A DNA stretch of 62,957 nt, the filler included, from Globobulimina sp. (lineage: Eukaryota), in the NCBI GenBank assembly GCA_003354225.1. It is 52 parts of 52 records of this genome, joined end to end, with 100 filler letters (N's around TTAATTAATTAA, not from the genome) between each part and the next. Parts side by side here need not be neighbours in the genome. Positions count along the whole stretch, not along the records: positions 12,135 to 13,247 come from PIVH01023164.1; positions 13,348 to 14,460 come from PIVH01023165.1; positions 14,561 to 15,673 come from PIVH01023166.1; positions 15,774 to 16,886 come from PIVH01023167.1; positions 16,987 to 18,099 come from PIVH01023168.1; positions 18,200 to 19,312 come from PIVH01023169.1; positions 19,413 to 20,525 come from PIVH01023170.1; positions 20,626 to 21,738 come from PIVH01023171.1; 44 more parts are not named here. One strand, given 5' to 3'. Below the pieces are notes generated by a model. That model ran no database searches and had not been told where the DNA came from. It saw only the letters and a program-made list of their open reading frames with translations. Position 1 is the stretch's first letter; each line of letters starts with the position of its first letter. Below are positions 12,485-24,273 of this stretch, piece after piece. Both the position numbers and the translations under genes were made by a program.

Positions 12485-13247
12485 ATGGACAATATTTTAA
12501 ACGACATGCGACCCGATGAAGTACAAGCACTTCAAGCAGCGATGGGTAACATTGACGAAGCCAAAGGCGGCGATGACGATGATGGCAAAGGTAATGATGA
12601 TGATGCAAAAGGTGGCGGCGATGCAAAAGACAACGACGACGATGATGGTAAAGGCGGTGACGATGACGACGGTAAAGGCGGCGGTGATGACGACGACGAC
12701 GATGACGACGACGATGACATTGATGCCGGCGCAGACAAACCAGCTAAACAAGTCGTGGTATGCTCATATGTGATATGCCTCCATATTATACAAAAAAACC
12801 ACCAAAAAACACCCAGAAACCCGACGAAACCGCCTTACCCATCGATGAGTTGCTAGCCTTGTTAGACTTAGATGGCCAGGAAATCGCCGAGCAATTGACC
12901 ACATTGGGCAGCAATGTCGGATTATTAGGCAACATCACCAAATTGGGCAGTTTCAGTGCATTGAAAGGCATCTTAGAGGGCGCACAAAAAGGTGGCGCCG
13001 ACGCCGCGGCTCAATTCCAAGACTTAATTCGCAATATGCTCAAAACTGAAGGGTGCGATTAAATGTATTGCATTGTGATTGGATATAACGTTTTCTTTGT
13101 TTTTTATAAATATACAGGCAAAAATACGCAAAATGCGCGCTGCAATTCATCAAATTATTAGGTTACGCCGTGAGCCATACCGGCGACGACATCCTCATCA
13201 GCGGCGGTCCGGACCTCTCCATCATCGCTGGCGTCAAATCCAATAGA
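12485..13247 (+). CDS. Asp/Gly-rich low-complexity protein, multi-exon
   Basis: KGGDDDDG repeats; GTATGC..CAG intron (~12758-12817) joins the next ORF KPDETALPIDELL. Confidence 0.55.
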
Positions 13248-13369
13248 NNNNNNNNNNNNNNNNNNNNNNNNNNNNNNNNNNNNNNNNNNNNTTAATTAAT
13301 TAANNNNNNNNNNNNNNNNNNNNNNNNNNNNNNNNNNNNNNNNNNNNGTTAACAGAAGCCAGGTTTTTA

Positions 13370-14263
13370 ATGTCGCAAAACAAATTAAATCCGAACAATT
13401 ATAATAATTATTTTGTATCCGAACGCATATCGTCCAATACGTGCCATACTTCCTTATACAAATTGGATGACATAAATGCAAATTATTTAACTCGCGACTC
13501 AGAATCGCAGAGTGATAAAAACAAATTCGTATTAAACACATTGATAAACTTACGCAGTAACAACGAAATTGAATTTAAATTGTTTCAAAACAGTCAAACC
13601 AACCAATTCCCAATGGACACTATGGTCTGTTGCATGGAGCGATATTTGAATGGATTTATCAATGCCAACGGCGGCAAAATATATTTTGGCATTGCTGCGG
13701 ATGGCCGTATATATGGACAAAGTTTATACTGCACAAATCCACGCAAAATATTGGACGAAATGCAGTTAAAAATCTGTGAGAAATTACGGGAATGGAAGCC
13801 GAGGAAATATATTCAAAAATTAATGGCCAGTTTGCGTATTGATATGGTGGATATTCTCTGCATCGATGATGGCGAGAGCTGTGGCTACGTGATGCCCAAC
13901 AAAAAGATCATTGTGGCGCACATCGATACGATTTGTGATTGTGAGGGTGGACAGGTTATATTTAGTAATAACAATTGTGTCTATGTGCGGCAACTGAGCA
14001 GTTTGTGCGCGTACAGTGATGTTGGAATGGAGCGGCAAATTGGAAAGAGACAGATCGATAAATTGAATAAGTTGAATGACAGTGGTTCGGAGAGTGACAG
14101 TGATATTGATTTTGATGATGATGATGAAAAGGATTGGATTCATGTGCAGCAGTTACGGAAGAATGAAAATAAGGGCGGTGGTATGGGCCTGGCTTTGTTG
14201 AATGGCAGTTATGCAAAGCAAAGTATTTCTAAATTTATGGCATATTGTTCTAAGTATACATGA
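13370..14263 (+). CDS. Schlafen/AlbA_2 domain protein
   Basis: EIEFK...RYLNGFINANGGKIYFGIAADGRIYG...VYVRQLSS. Confidence 0.8.
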   Translation: MSQNKLNPNNYNNYFVSERISSNTCHTSLYKLDDINANYLTRDSESQSDKNKFVLNTLINLRSNNEIEFKLFQNSQTNQFPMDTMVCCMERYLNGFINANGGKIYFGIAADGRIYGQSLYCTNPRKILDEMQLKICEKLREWKPRKYIQKLMASLRIDMVDILCIDDGESCGYVMPNKKIIVAHIDTICDCEGGQVIFSNNNCVYVRQLSSLCAYSDVGMERQIGKRQIDKLNKLNDSGSESDSDIDFDDDDEKDWIHVQQLRKNENKGGGMGLALLNGSYAKQSISKFMAYCSKYT

Positions 14264-14561
14264 TGGAAGGTTTTGTCGTGTAAACGTTAACGATCATTAA
14301 TGCGAGATATTACATGCATGAATAAGATTATATAAAATTATTTGTGTTTGTTTTTTTGTATGTTTTTTTTTAACTAAACGATCGTATCAAAACATAAGCA
14401 GGGACACCATGTTTTGCAAAGACTCTCACCCTATACTTTTGTTTTAACAAGACTGTTTTTNNNNNNNNNNNNNNNNNNNNNNNNNNNNNNNNNNNNNNNN
14501 NNNNTTAATTAATTAANNNNNNNNNNNNNNNNNNNNNNNNNNNNNNNNNNNNNNNNNNNNT

Positions 14562-15673
14562 CATTATATTGTCATCACGAAGAAACCAGACATTATTTTA
14601 TTACAAGAAGTCAATAAATTTTATAATGAGAATGATGCGAATATAACCATCAAAATTAAGAATTATAAATCATTTATAATCAAAAAAAATGGATATGGAA
14701 AAGTAATAACATTGCTCCGTAATGGTATACACCATGAAAGAATTAATATTAATTTCAAACACAATGCACGAATCGATAAAAAAATAACAGAGTTAGATAC
14801 AACAGATGAGCAACAAAGGAAAATCAAGAAACAACTCCTAATGTCAAAATTGTACGTATTGTCGTTAAAAGTGTACGATAATGACATGGGACAAGCTTTT
14901 ATTGTAAGCAATTATTATCGTCCACAGAATGGCATTCCCGGCTCAAATCTAGGCCTATTATTGAATTATCTAAATACAGTGCTAAAAACTAAGAATTATG
15001 CATCATTTCCGAACTATATTGGAGGTGATATGAATGCACATAATAAGGCATGGTTTGAGGGAGAAATTAGAGCATCGAAGGCAAAGAAATGCGGGGAAGA
15101 ATTGGCAGAGTGGATATATGATAAAAAATGGTTAATTTTGAACGATTTAAAACCAACGAGACTCCGAAATGAACAGAGAACGGCACCGGACGTCATATTT
15201 ATAAATAACAAAACAAAAAAGGATGATTGGAAGTATTGGGCCGAAGATTTTACGCGTTTGGATACAAACAATTACTTCTCAGACCATTTGGTATTATTTG
15301 CCTTTTATAACAAAGGCGAATTGTATGAGGAGGAACTGCCCGAATTTGCGATAAAAACGGGTTCAGATAGAAATTGGGATAAATGGAGAAACGAATTGGC
15401 AGAAAACGTAGATGAATGGGATGATATTTATGGTAATCAATTAAATAAATTAATAACTCATTATTTGGAAGTTTATGGCAATGGAAACTGTGACATAAAC
15501 AGTGAGTATTTATTAAAACATATTAAAATGTCAAAGGATGATGTATTGGATGCTGTGAATGACTTCTTTAAACATAGAATTGTCGACACATCCATCGACA
15601 TTCTGGGATTAAGAAAGAAAACCATCGGAAATGACAAACCGTGGCTGACCAAGAAGATGAAAAATGCGATGAA
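14562..15673 (+). mobile_element. Non-LTR retrotransposon ORF2: APE endonuclease and linker
   Basis: PDIILLQE, NYYRP, GGDMNAHN, ILND..PT, TAPDVIF, SDH, KPWLT; open across the whole contig. Confidence 0.9.
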
Positions 15674-16012
15674 NNNNNNNNNNNNNNNNNNNNNNNNNNN
15701 NNNNNNNNNNNNNNNNNTTAATTAATTAANNNNNNNNNNNNNNNNNNNNNNNNNNNNNNNNNNNNNNNNNNNNGTGTTGAATGGTTTTAGTGGCTTTCCA
15801 CAGTAACAAACCGAATTGACATTGTTTAATTGTTCAATACTTTCTTTATTATCCATGGTTTGACTTTTGCGTACACGTGATTCGTTAATGGGAGTCTACG
15901 TATTCGACAACTATCGATTCAGTGACTACGCGCGACTCACGTTGTGGTCTTTCTGTTAATTTATTTCTCGCCTGGTATGAATGCACTGACTTAAAAAAGA
16001 AAACTTTTTAGG

Positions 16013-16026
16013 TACTAGAACATTCC
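16013..16026. promoter_or_regulatory. TACTAGAACATTCC motif (HSE-like GAAnnTTC), copy 1
   Basis: Identical 14-mer at 23347; lies 157 bp upstream of a minus-strand ATG at 15856. Confidence 0.3.
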
Positions 16027-16062
16027 CTAATTTGTATTTACAGTTGAAAAAAACAACAGTAG

Positions 16063-16886
16063 TTACTCGTTATCAATATATTTGGTCATAATGGACTTAT
16101 CAAGGCATGAATTATCAGCAAGAACATGCGTTTTTACACCATTTATTTTAACATTCCTATAGTAATTCCATACAGCATTTGCAGCTCTGCACCAATGATT
16201 TGCAGTCTCTTTATATGCAAATCTTTTCAGTATATTTTGCCATTCGATTTCTTTATGTTTTTGCGATTCCATTGCATTAAACTTATAATATAAATATTCA
16301 TTATACAACGTTTTATTATTTCCAACCACAGTCAAATATTGTGCCAATTCCTTTGCTGATGAAAAATCCGCTGCATTAATATATGAATGAGGCGGCAAAT
16401 AATAATCATAATTTGGTATTTTATCCACACTAAAAACAATCGGAACCGCTGATGATATGATAGCTGCGCCCAATTTCTCTGTAATGTAATCTTTGCAGTT
16501 ACTATTTTCCATAACAATATAAAATTTATATTTTTTAACAATATCCTTTAAAGATTTTCCATGCGGCCATGATTTTCCTTGCGTCTTTAAACAAGCACCA
16601 TACGAATGCACTGAAATATATTTAAATAATTCACGCAAATAAATCTGTCGCCCATTATGCGCGCCACAATTACTACCAATCCATGCTACGTCTGCTCCAA
16701 TCTCCGACTTCTCCTCAAATGTTAGCAATATTGGCGTATCAATCAATTGTTTAATAGTTCCGCGACCAACATATGGAAGAAATATATCGGAGCTAAATTG
16801 ATAAGACATCAATAAATCAAAATGTTTCATCGAATCGCTTCGTGCCATACTAACAGAGGTCGCTGCGGGCGATTCCATGTTATGAT
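16063..16886 (-). CDS. Alpha-1,3-fucosyltransferase (GT10), 3' part
   Basis: MESP, WIGSNC, VHSYGAC, YKFYIVMENSNCKDYITEKL, PPHSYINAADF. Confidence 0.93.
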
Positions 16887-16986
16887 NNNNNNNNNNNNNN
16901 NNNNNNNNNNNNNNNNNNNNNNNNNNNNNNTTAATTAATTAANNNNNNNNNNNNNNNNNNNNNNNNNNNNNNNNNNNNNNNNNNNN

Positions 16987-17797
16987 CGATCTTTGGTTGG
17001 GGGACAATTCTCTGTGCCACCAAACATTGTCGAACACCATTTGTCTGTTACCTGCATAGCATTTATATACGTAAATCCGTAGCAATCTGCTTAATCTGCT
17101 ACAACAGATTGCAAATTAATTCAATTGTATACAGTACCTTAGCTGGCAAATCCTTGCATTTTAGGAAATGTAATCTCAACTCGACCACCACAGTTAATGT
17201 GCATACAATGGCTGAAGCAATGCCAATGGGATAACTTATATATAACAATATCATTGACAGTAAAAATACAATCATTCTGACCAAGGCAGCGGATTGTTTG
17301 ATTTTAAATTTATTCCTATTCACTCCACAGATATAGGACGCAAAGGCGGCGCAGATAAAGGTTAACCACGAACATATGCCTAATCTCCATTTATCAAACG
17401 ATATTTGCGGAGTGCTGTACATAAAAGAAAAGAGAGCACCTAAGAAGATGCATGGTATTGTAAACCATTCCAACTGATAAGCAAATAAACTGAAAGCATC
17501 GTTATGTTCCAAGATGATGGCATCCTCATCTTCTTCCGCCACTATGTATGCGTCTTTGGGGACTGGCGGCGGTGCTCGTTTTGTTTGGGAGGAAACTGAT
17601 ATTACTTCGAAATAGCCATCGGGGATATACCCTTCTTTGCCGTCTTTTGCTTTGGCTAAAATCCAATTTTCTGGCGTCAATTCTCCGATTAATGTCAACA
17701 ACTGTCCTGCGTTTATGTTTAATTGATTGTCTTCGTCACCGCCGAAATCATATAGCACGCGGGCTTTGCGTGCTCTTTGTTGGCCGGGTGCTGACAT
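16987..17797 (-). CDS. N-terminal SH3 domain plus multi-pass membrane region (partial); intron 17052-17137
   Basis: ARVLYDF..QL..NW..GKEGYIPDGY; PPPVP; about four hydrophobic helices. Confidence 0.8.
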
Positions 17798-18209
17798 TGT
17801 TATTTTATATTTGCTTGGTTCAGTAAATTAAGTTTTTCACTGAGGTCCAAATGGTTTTATCACACGTAATCTTTTGGCGTTTGTTAATATTGTGGTCGCA
17901 TGTAATTGTAACATGTGATGCCATATTTACTGTGTGGCATGACGCATTGGATGAAATGGAGAATGCAAACTGGATTTTAAACGGTTCCGTGAATCCAACT
18001 GATTCAAATTACTGCCCAACCAGCAGGTAATGTGTACAAATTGAATCACAATCATCCATTAAAACCTCCATAGCAACTCGCAATTATTTAAATTTTACTN
18101 NNNNNNNNNNNNNNNNNNNNNNNNNNNNNNNNNNNNNNNNNNNTTAATTAATTAANNNNNNNNNNNNNNNNNNNNNNNNNNNNNNNNNNNNNNNNNNNNA
18201 AAGAATAAA

Positions 18210-18630
18210 ATAGAGCTTAAAAGCTTAGTTAAAGCAATAGGAGCACTTTAATACGATATGTAACCGTAGAGAATACGATATGATATATTATGGAAAATAA
18301 ACACCGAGCGAAGCGAGGTCATCCGAGCGAAGCGAGAGGTGATATTAGCAACGAATATAATAGTGCTTAAAAGCTTAGTTAGAGCAATAGAAGCACTTTA
18401 TGATAGCGTAGGATAGGATAAAAATCGCAAAAATAGCAGACCTATATATCCATCTCAAAAATCGCAAAATCGCAAAAAACGCAGAAATCGCAAAGGTATA
18501 TATGCGTTTTTGCGATTTCCATATCCATCTCAAAAATCGCAGAAATCGCAGACCTATATATCCATCTCAAAAATCGCAAAAATTGCAAAGTCGCAAAAAT
18601 CTCATATATAGCAAAAATCGCAAAAAGTAC
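18210..18630. repeat. Complex repeat: 41-bp direct repeat, CCGAGCGAAGCGAG x2, array of AAAATCGCA / atatccatctcaaaaatcgca
   Basis: Direct copies at 18210 and 18360; repeated decamers with one inverted copy. Confidence 0.85.
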
Positions 18631-18674
18631 CAACTTCCGGTCGACCTGCTAATGAGATACGGTATATTTTGAAT

Positions 18675-19312
18675 CTATGTGCTATGATGATTTAATCGCT
18701 GGATTTTGTCTTTCAGTTTGAATGGTGTAATGTGCTTGGTATTTGTATGTGTAACGACTCGCTTTCTATGTCTCACAGCCTTTCGATTAATACGTCTCAG
18801 CTCATTAATACGATCCTTTAGCTCCCGCGACGGATTCGCTTGGTATCGTTTCCATAACCTTTGTTTCTCAAACGAGCGAGAAGCAATTTTAGGCGTACAC
18901 CAAAATTTCTTTGGCTTAATACCATATCGATCAATATATCCAATATATTTGGTAGCTGCGCGAATTATTATCATACGGTACTCATGCAATATAATCTAAT
19001 ACACTTTCTGCTATATCTGCAACAGGTCGCGAATGCAATAAATGGATGTATTCTTGTAAGAGTTGCAAACGATATTCAACAGTGGCTATATATTGACTAA
19101 TTTTAATAGGTTTGTGATAATTAAAGCGCCTGATATGGATTTTAAACTTCCTATCCCTACGGTTATTAAACTCAATATTACAGCTAACAACGGCTTTGTG
19201 TTTGTGGAGTGAATGGAATATAAGCCATAATGGTCAGTTACTGAATAAGCACTACGATTCAATGGATTAAAATTTAATATTGCATAATCTACACCTTGTT
19301 TGAAGAAACAAA
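18675..19312 (-). pseudogene. Degenerate non-LTR retrotransposon (end of APE domain and linker), frameshifted
   Basis: VDYAIL..DH / HKAVV..RRFNY / IIIRAATKYIG..KFWCTPKI..KQRLWKRY spread over shifted frames. Confidence 0.6.
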
Positions 19313-19971
19313 NNNNNNNNNNNNNNNNNNNNNNNNNNNNNNNNNNNNNNNNNNNNTTAATTAATTAANNNNNNNNNNNNNNNNNNNNNNNNNNNNNNNN
19401 NNNNNNNNNNNNAAATTGTAAGGAAAAGTTGGTCCAGTAATATTTGGTCATATCAATATTGTGGTCATAGCGTCTGCATCTTATCCGATACATCACTGTA
19501 TTTGGATATGGTCTTACGCACATTTCTCATGCCATAATACGTAATCCTTTAAACTCCACGTAATTCAAATTAAGGATATTCATTGTATTACTTGTATATA
19601 TGTATACACATTTTCTGTATATGTATCAAAATAACACCACTGAGATAAGTTGTAATGTTGTATATACATTTTCGGTCAATTATATATTAAAGTTAAGTTT
19701 TTGAAGCGGTGATGCTTTTAATAACTTGTGCCATTTTCAAATTTTATTTTTTGGTGGCTATTCTTGGTTTACTTTAAAGAACAACATATCCAAAAATTAT
19801 CACTTTTTGAGCAACTTTCAGGATTGTAAAAGCCAATACACTCTGCATACAATAAAAAACCAACATTGGTGCGGCTGTAAGTAGTGTTGCCATTATATTT
19901 AAGTATCTTACAGCTCTTTTTCATCAAAACACTCATCTGATTTTTGAAACACTCTAACAAAGCAAACAACT

Positions 19972-20525
19972 ATGCTGATACACCCAAATCCAAATCAACA
20001 TGAAATGAGTCAGACTCATGATGATAACGAGAAAACTGACAATAACAGTTGCAATACAACAAGCTATAAATATATGACAACCAAACTGATTGGTTCGGGC
20101 ACATTTGGTGAGATTTGGAATGTGATTGAAAAATATGATGTAAATAATTGCCACCAAAAACAGAGTCGATACGCAATAAAAATGATTAAAAATGAAATTA
20201 ACATAAAAAAATATGAACACGTATTTGTGAATGAAGGTAAACGAGTTTTGCGTTTAAATATGATTCCGACTGCAGAAGTTGGCAAACATTTCATTATTAA
20301 ATGCAAAGAATTATTATATTGTACGAGTGCCAATAATCCCATATTCCATTTATATTCACCATTGATTGGACCCTGTCTTGTGATGGAATTATGTGGTTAT
20401 TCATTATCACAATATATGAGATTCCACCAATATACAAATTGTGCCATATCTCTATCAACAATTCGTTGTATTTCAGTGCAAATATTGTTTGCCATGTCTT
20501 TCCTTCATGGAATTGGTGAGTGTAT
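19972..20525 (+). CDS. Ser/Thr protein kinase, CMGC-like (N-lobe, partial)
   Basis: IGSGTFGEIW, YAIKMIK, CLVMELCGYSL, ISVQILFAMSFLH. Confidence 0.85.
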
Positions 20526-20625
20526 NNNNNNNNNNNNNNNNNNNNNNNNNNNNNNNNNNNNNNNNNNNNTTAATTAATTAANNNNNNNNNNNNNNNNNNN
20601 NNNNNNNNNNNNNNNNNNNNNNNNN

Positions 20626-20990
20626 TGTTCGACCAGAAAAGAATGCGCTAAGATTTCAAACATTTTATGTGGAAACGGCATAAATGCAGCAGCGTATCAT
20701 GCCGGTTTGGAGTGGCAGAGAAGAGCTGAAATACAAAGCCACCGTTGCTTTTGGAATGGGCATTGACAAAGGCGATATTCGCCATTTTATACATTACGGC
20801 ATACCCAAATCCATTGAGTGTATATTATATTTCAACGACGCGGACTTTGTGCACTGTGAATGGATTATTAACCAATCACAAACCGATAAAGTCCGAAGAC
20901 AAATGAAATCGCATTGAAATCCTCGCAATGTCGGATACATATAATTTTATATTATATAAATCATTTTGGTGAGGTGTTAGACGATGGAAT
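20626..20990 (+). pseudogene. RecQ helicase pseudogene with internal deletions
   Basis: [15 protein letters not shown], frameshift, [27 protein letters not shown] joined directly to CILYF; motif VI missing; stops downstream. Confidence 0.85.
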
Positions 20991-22066
20991 GTGAAGTGGA
21001 GAGGGACTTTAATGATTGAACCAAATTATTGGTGTTTGTAAAGGAAGTAATATGGAACTTGTAAAGGAAAAAAACGTTGGATGGCTCAGTGCATAAAGAT
21101 GTTTTGGGTGAGACTCAGAATAAAAAGCGAGGAATATCTTGTGTGGCAATTGAATAATACACCAAATTGCATGTATGTGACTCCAAACAGTGATAATAAG
21201 AAGAAGAAGACACCAAATTCAACTCAGTAATCCGTGGCTTAATAATAATAATTCAATGAATAATAATAATATTCCGATGAATACGAATTCAATATTACAG
21301 ATTGTAAAATTTTCGAATCGAATGGAGCGTCAAAACATGACTTGTCTCAAAAATGGAATATATCTTCAAACGGCCCAAAATTACACAATGCTTTGGATCA
21401 AATGATGCAATTGCAAACATGGCAAATATATCAAAAAAATACTTTAATGTCACATAGCTTTAAATAATGCACTTGAAATTTGAAAATGAGCTTTGATGAT
21501 TCAGGCTTAATTTGAATCTGATGAACTCCAATCAATAGGTTTATATTCATCACTTATATTCCAATACAATATCCTCTCTCTTGTTATAACTTTTTGCCAT
21601 ATCACGTATATACAATCCATTAAGGATGTTAGTCCGTTATTTTTTGCGATTTTATCCACTTTTGTTTCTGGTTTTTTCTATCCATTGTATGCCTTGAATC
21701 CATTTTATTTCTTCATAATAATTAATACCAATACCAGTNNNNNNNNNNNNNNNNNNNNNNNNNNNNNNNNNNNNNNNNNNNNTTAATTAATTAANNNNNN
21801 NNNNNNNNNNNNNNNNNNNNNNNNNNNNNNNNNNNNNNAAACGCTCAATGATTTTTCAAGCAATCCTATGTACAGCGAAACGTTATTCTATGCAACATTT
21901 TTTGCTGATAAATCAAATGAGGGGGTTAACCATTGTCCATTGAGAAGGGTTCATCTAAGTGGATCCAAATAATCTAAACTTTGACACTAAAATTTATCAC
22001 ATCTCAACCAAAACAAGAAAACACACACACACCAAAATCAAAAAAAAACAAAAAAAACAATGATTT

Positions 22067-22951
22067 TTATTCTTGGTAAGGTGGTGCAATTGGCGGTAAA
22101 GGGTAGGATGTAATTGGTAACGGTACGACATCATACGGTGAAGGTGGTGTACTGCCAGGTTTTGGTAAAGGTGTAACAACATAAGGTATACTATACTGTC
22201 TGTTGACTGTTGCTGTTTTTGGTGATAATGCGTCAGATTTTTGTTGTGTTAGCATTGGTTTTGAATTACTTGTTCCCTCCGCGCCATTTACCGGTAATAA
22301 TGGTGGAGGACCATTCCTTGCGATTGATCTTTGTATCATATTCCCCATACTCATATTCATAGGATTCATATTTTTAATATTATAATCATGAAAATTAAAT
22401 GAATAATTTTGTTGCATTGGTTTAATAGTTTTTGGTTTTCTTATTTTTTTCTTGGTTGCTTTCGTATTACTATTATTAACTTTGCTTTTTTTCTTTTTCT
22501 TCTTATTCTTTCCTTTTTGTACTTTATCATTTGGGTAATTTTGTTTATAATATTTTTCATGTGCTCCATTCCCATCTTTTCTTTGTCTTAAATGATATAA
22601 TAAATGATGATTTAATTGGAATGGTTTCTGACAAACTGGACATTTGAAAGCCTTCTCACTATGAATTACAATATGATCTTTGATTTTTTTCAATGAATCA
22701 ACCCCTAATCCATCATTATTATAATGTGTGTTACATTTTGTGCATCGATATTCATTCGTTTCCATCAAAACATATTCTTTTTCACCAAGTCTCTCACGGA
22801 AATATCGCAACGCTAATTTTTTCGAATCGTTTTTGTTTATTTTAAATAAACTCTCCATGCTTTCTAATGTTGGAAATTTATCCGAATGATCACGTACATA
22901 CTTATCCAGTTCATCAAAACGACCATCATCACCTATATAGGCATACCTATA
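22067..22951 (-). CDS. C2H2 zinc-finger protein with Pro-rich tail (3' part)
   Basis: YRCTKC..HIVIH, FKCPVCQKPF..LLYH. Confidence 0.85.
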   Translation of the reverse strand, partial: YRYAYIGDDGRFDELDKYVRDHSDKFPTLESMESLFKINKNDSKKLALRYFRERLGEKEYVLMETNEYRCTKCNTHYNNDGLGVDSLKKIKDHIVIHSEKAFKCPVCQKPFQLNHHLLYHLRQRKDGNGAHEKYYKQNYPNDKVQKGKNKKKKKKSKVNNSNTKATKKKIRKPKTIKPMQQNYSFNFHDYNIKNMNPMNMSMGNMIQRSIARNGPPPLLPVNGAEGTSNSKPMLTQQKSDALSPKTATVNRQYSIPYVVTPLPKPGSTPPSPYDVVPLPITSYPLPPIAPPYQE

Positions 22952-23051
22952 NNNNNNNNNNNNNNNNNNNNNNNNNNNNNNNNNNNNNNNNNNNNTTAAT
23001 TAATTAANNNNNNNNNNNNNNNNNNNNNNNNNNNNNNNNNNNNNNNNNNNN

Positions 23052-23194
23052 GTAAATTTTAATGATTGTGGTGTTGTTGCTTTGTGTTTAATGAACAAAT
23101 CTTTAATTTCTGCTAAATTATTCGTATGAACCCATGCATCAAAATCAAAATCACCTTCTCCTTCGTTGGCTGTTTCCTCAATGTCTTTGTTCAT
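23052..23194 (-). CDS. 5' end of a gene, possible SAM-like N-terminus
   Basis: FDFDAWVHTNNLAEIKDLFIKH. Confidence 0.45.
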
Positions 23195-23220
23195 GACTTC
23201 AAAGCAGCTTTGTCAACTTA

Positions 23221-23349
23221 GTGTTACGTAATAGGTGTCGTTAATTGGTAATAAATTGTTTTTGCAAAGCTGGTCACTCCGATCTCAATTGTAATAAATT
23301 GTAATTGATGACACCTAGGTCCTAGGTATCAATTCTAATTACGTAATAC
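23221..23349. mobile_element. Short MITE-like element with TA flanks
   Basis: TA|gtgttacgtaat ... attacgtaatac|TA (12-bp TIR, one mismatch); internal cctagg palindromes. Confidence 0.5.
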
Positions 23350-23360
23350 TAGAACATTCC
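23347..23360. promoter_or_regulatory. TACTAGAACATTCC motif, copy 2
   Basis: Identical to 16013-16026; lies 153 bp upstream of the minus-strand ATG at 23194. Confidence 0.3.
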
Positions 23361-23438
23361 ATTATCTATCTGAAAACAAGGACAACCAATTAAAAAATAA
23401 AAAATAACTTATGTTAGTGTGACATTTTATTTTTGTTA

Positions 23439-24164
23439 TTATTTAGATGCATTGTGATCAAATAATATCCGAATAGATGTTGGCGAATATAATTTCATGG
23501 ATTGATTGTGTGTTATACAAATCCAACCACATTCATCAACAGTTAATATTTTACCGCATAATTCCTCAGAAATATCAGACAAAACCTGTCCATGACTTAT
23601 CATTAAACAATCTTTTCTTACCATATCTTTTTCTTTTGATTGCTGTTCTTGGATCAATATGTTTTTATATTCTTTCACACATTCAACATGTAAATGATTG
23701 CCTGCTTTTTCTTTATGATTCCATTCAATGTTTAAATCATTTTCAACCACATTATGTTTCTCCTCATCTTTATTGTTACCCTTATTATATGTGTCAACAA
23801 TAATTTTCTTAATTTGATTCATTGTTAAATATCTAACATCTTTGTAACCATTACAGATTTTATAATTTGTTTTTTTATTTGAGTTTTGCTTATTTTTCGC
23901 ATGCTTAATACATCTGTTTATAGCCAATGCGTTTTCGCCTAATCTGGCATCAATTTCAAAGCTTAAGTTTTTAATATTTAAATATTTTGCAATCACTGTG
24001 GCGGTTTGAATACATCTCAAAAACGGTGATATAATAATCTTTGTTATATTTATTGTTGGTATAAACGATTGCAGCTCCTTCATTTTCTCAATCGGTAATT
24101 GAAAATCACACATTGGTACATCATAAGAACGTAAGTATTCCTCCTTTTCATCGCCTTCTAAATA
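23439..24164 (-). CDS. Histidine phosphatase / phosphoglycerate mutase family (3' part)
   Basis: IIISPFLRCIQTA, IDARLGE, LMISHG. Confidence 0.85.
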   Translation of the reverse strand, partial: YLEGDEKEEYLRSYDVPMCDFQLPIEKMKELQSFIPTINITKIIISPFLRCIQTATVIAKYLNIKNLSFEIDARLGENALAINRCIKHAKNKQNSNKKTNYKICNGYKDVRYLTMNQIKKIIVDTYNKGNNKDEEKHNVVENDLNIEWNHKEKAGNHLHVECVKEYKNILIQEQQSKEKDMVRKDCLMISHGQVLSDISEELCGKILTVDECGWICITHNQSMKLYSPTSIRILFDHNASK

Positions 24165-24273
24165 NNNNNNNNNNNNNNNNNNNNNNNNNNNNNNNNNNNN
24201 NNNNNNNNTTAATTAATTAANNNNNNNNNNNNNNNNNNNNNNNNNNNNNNNNNNNNNNNNNNNNTTAACATCA

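Noticed and set aside
21500-21738. Minus-strand MORN-like reading with TAA/TAG as Gln (ciliate code)
   Set aside because: Too short and degenerate; similarity not convincing
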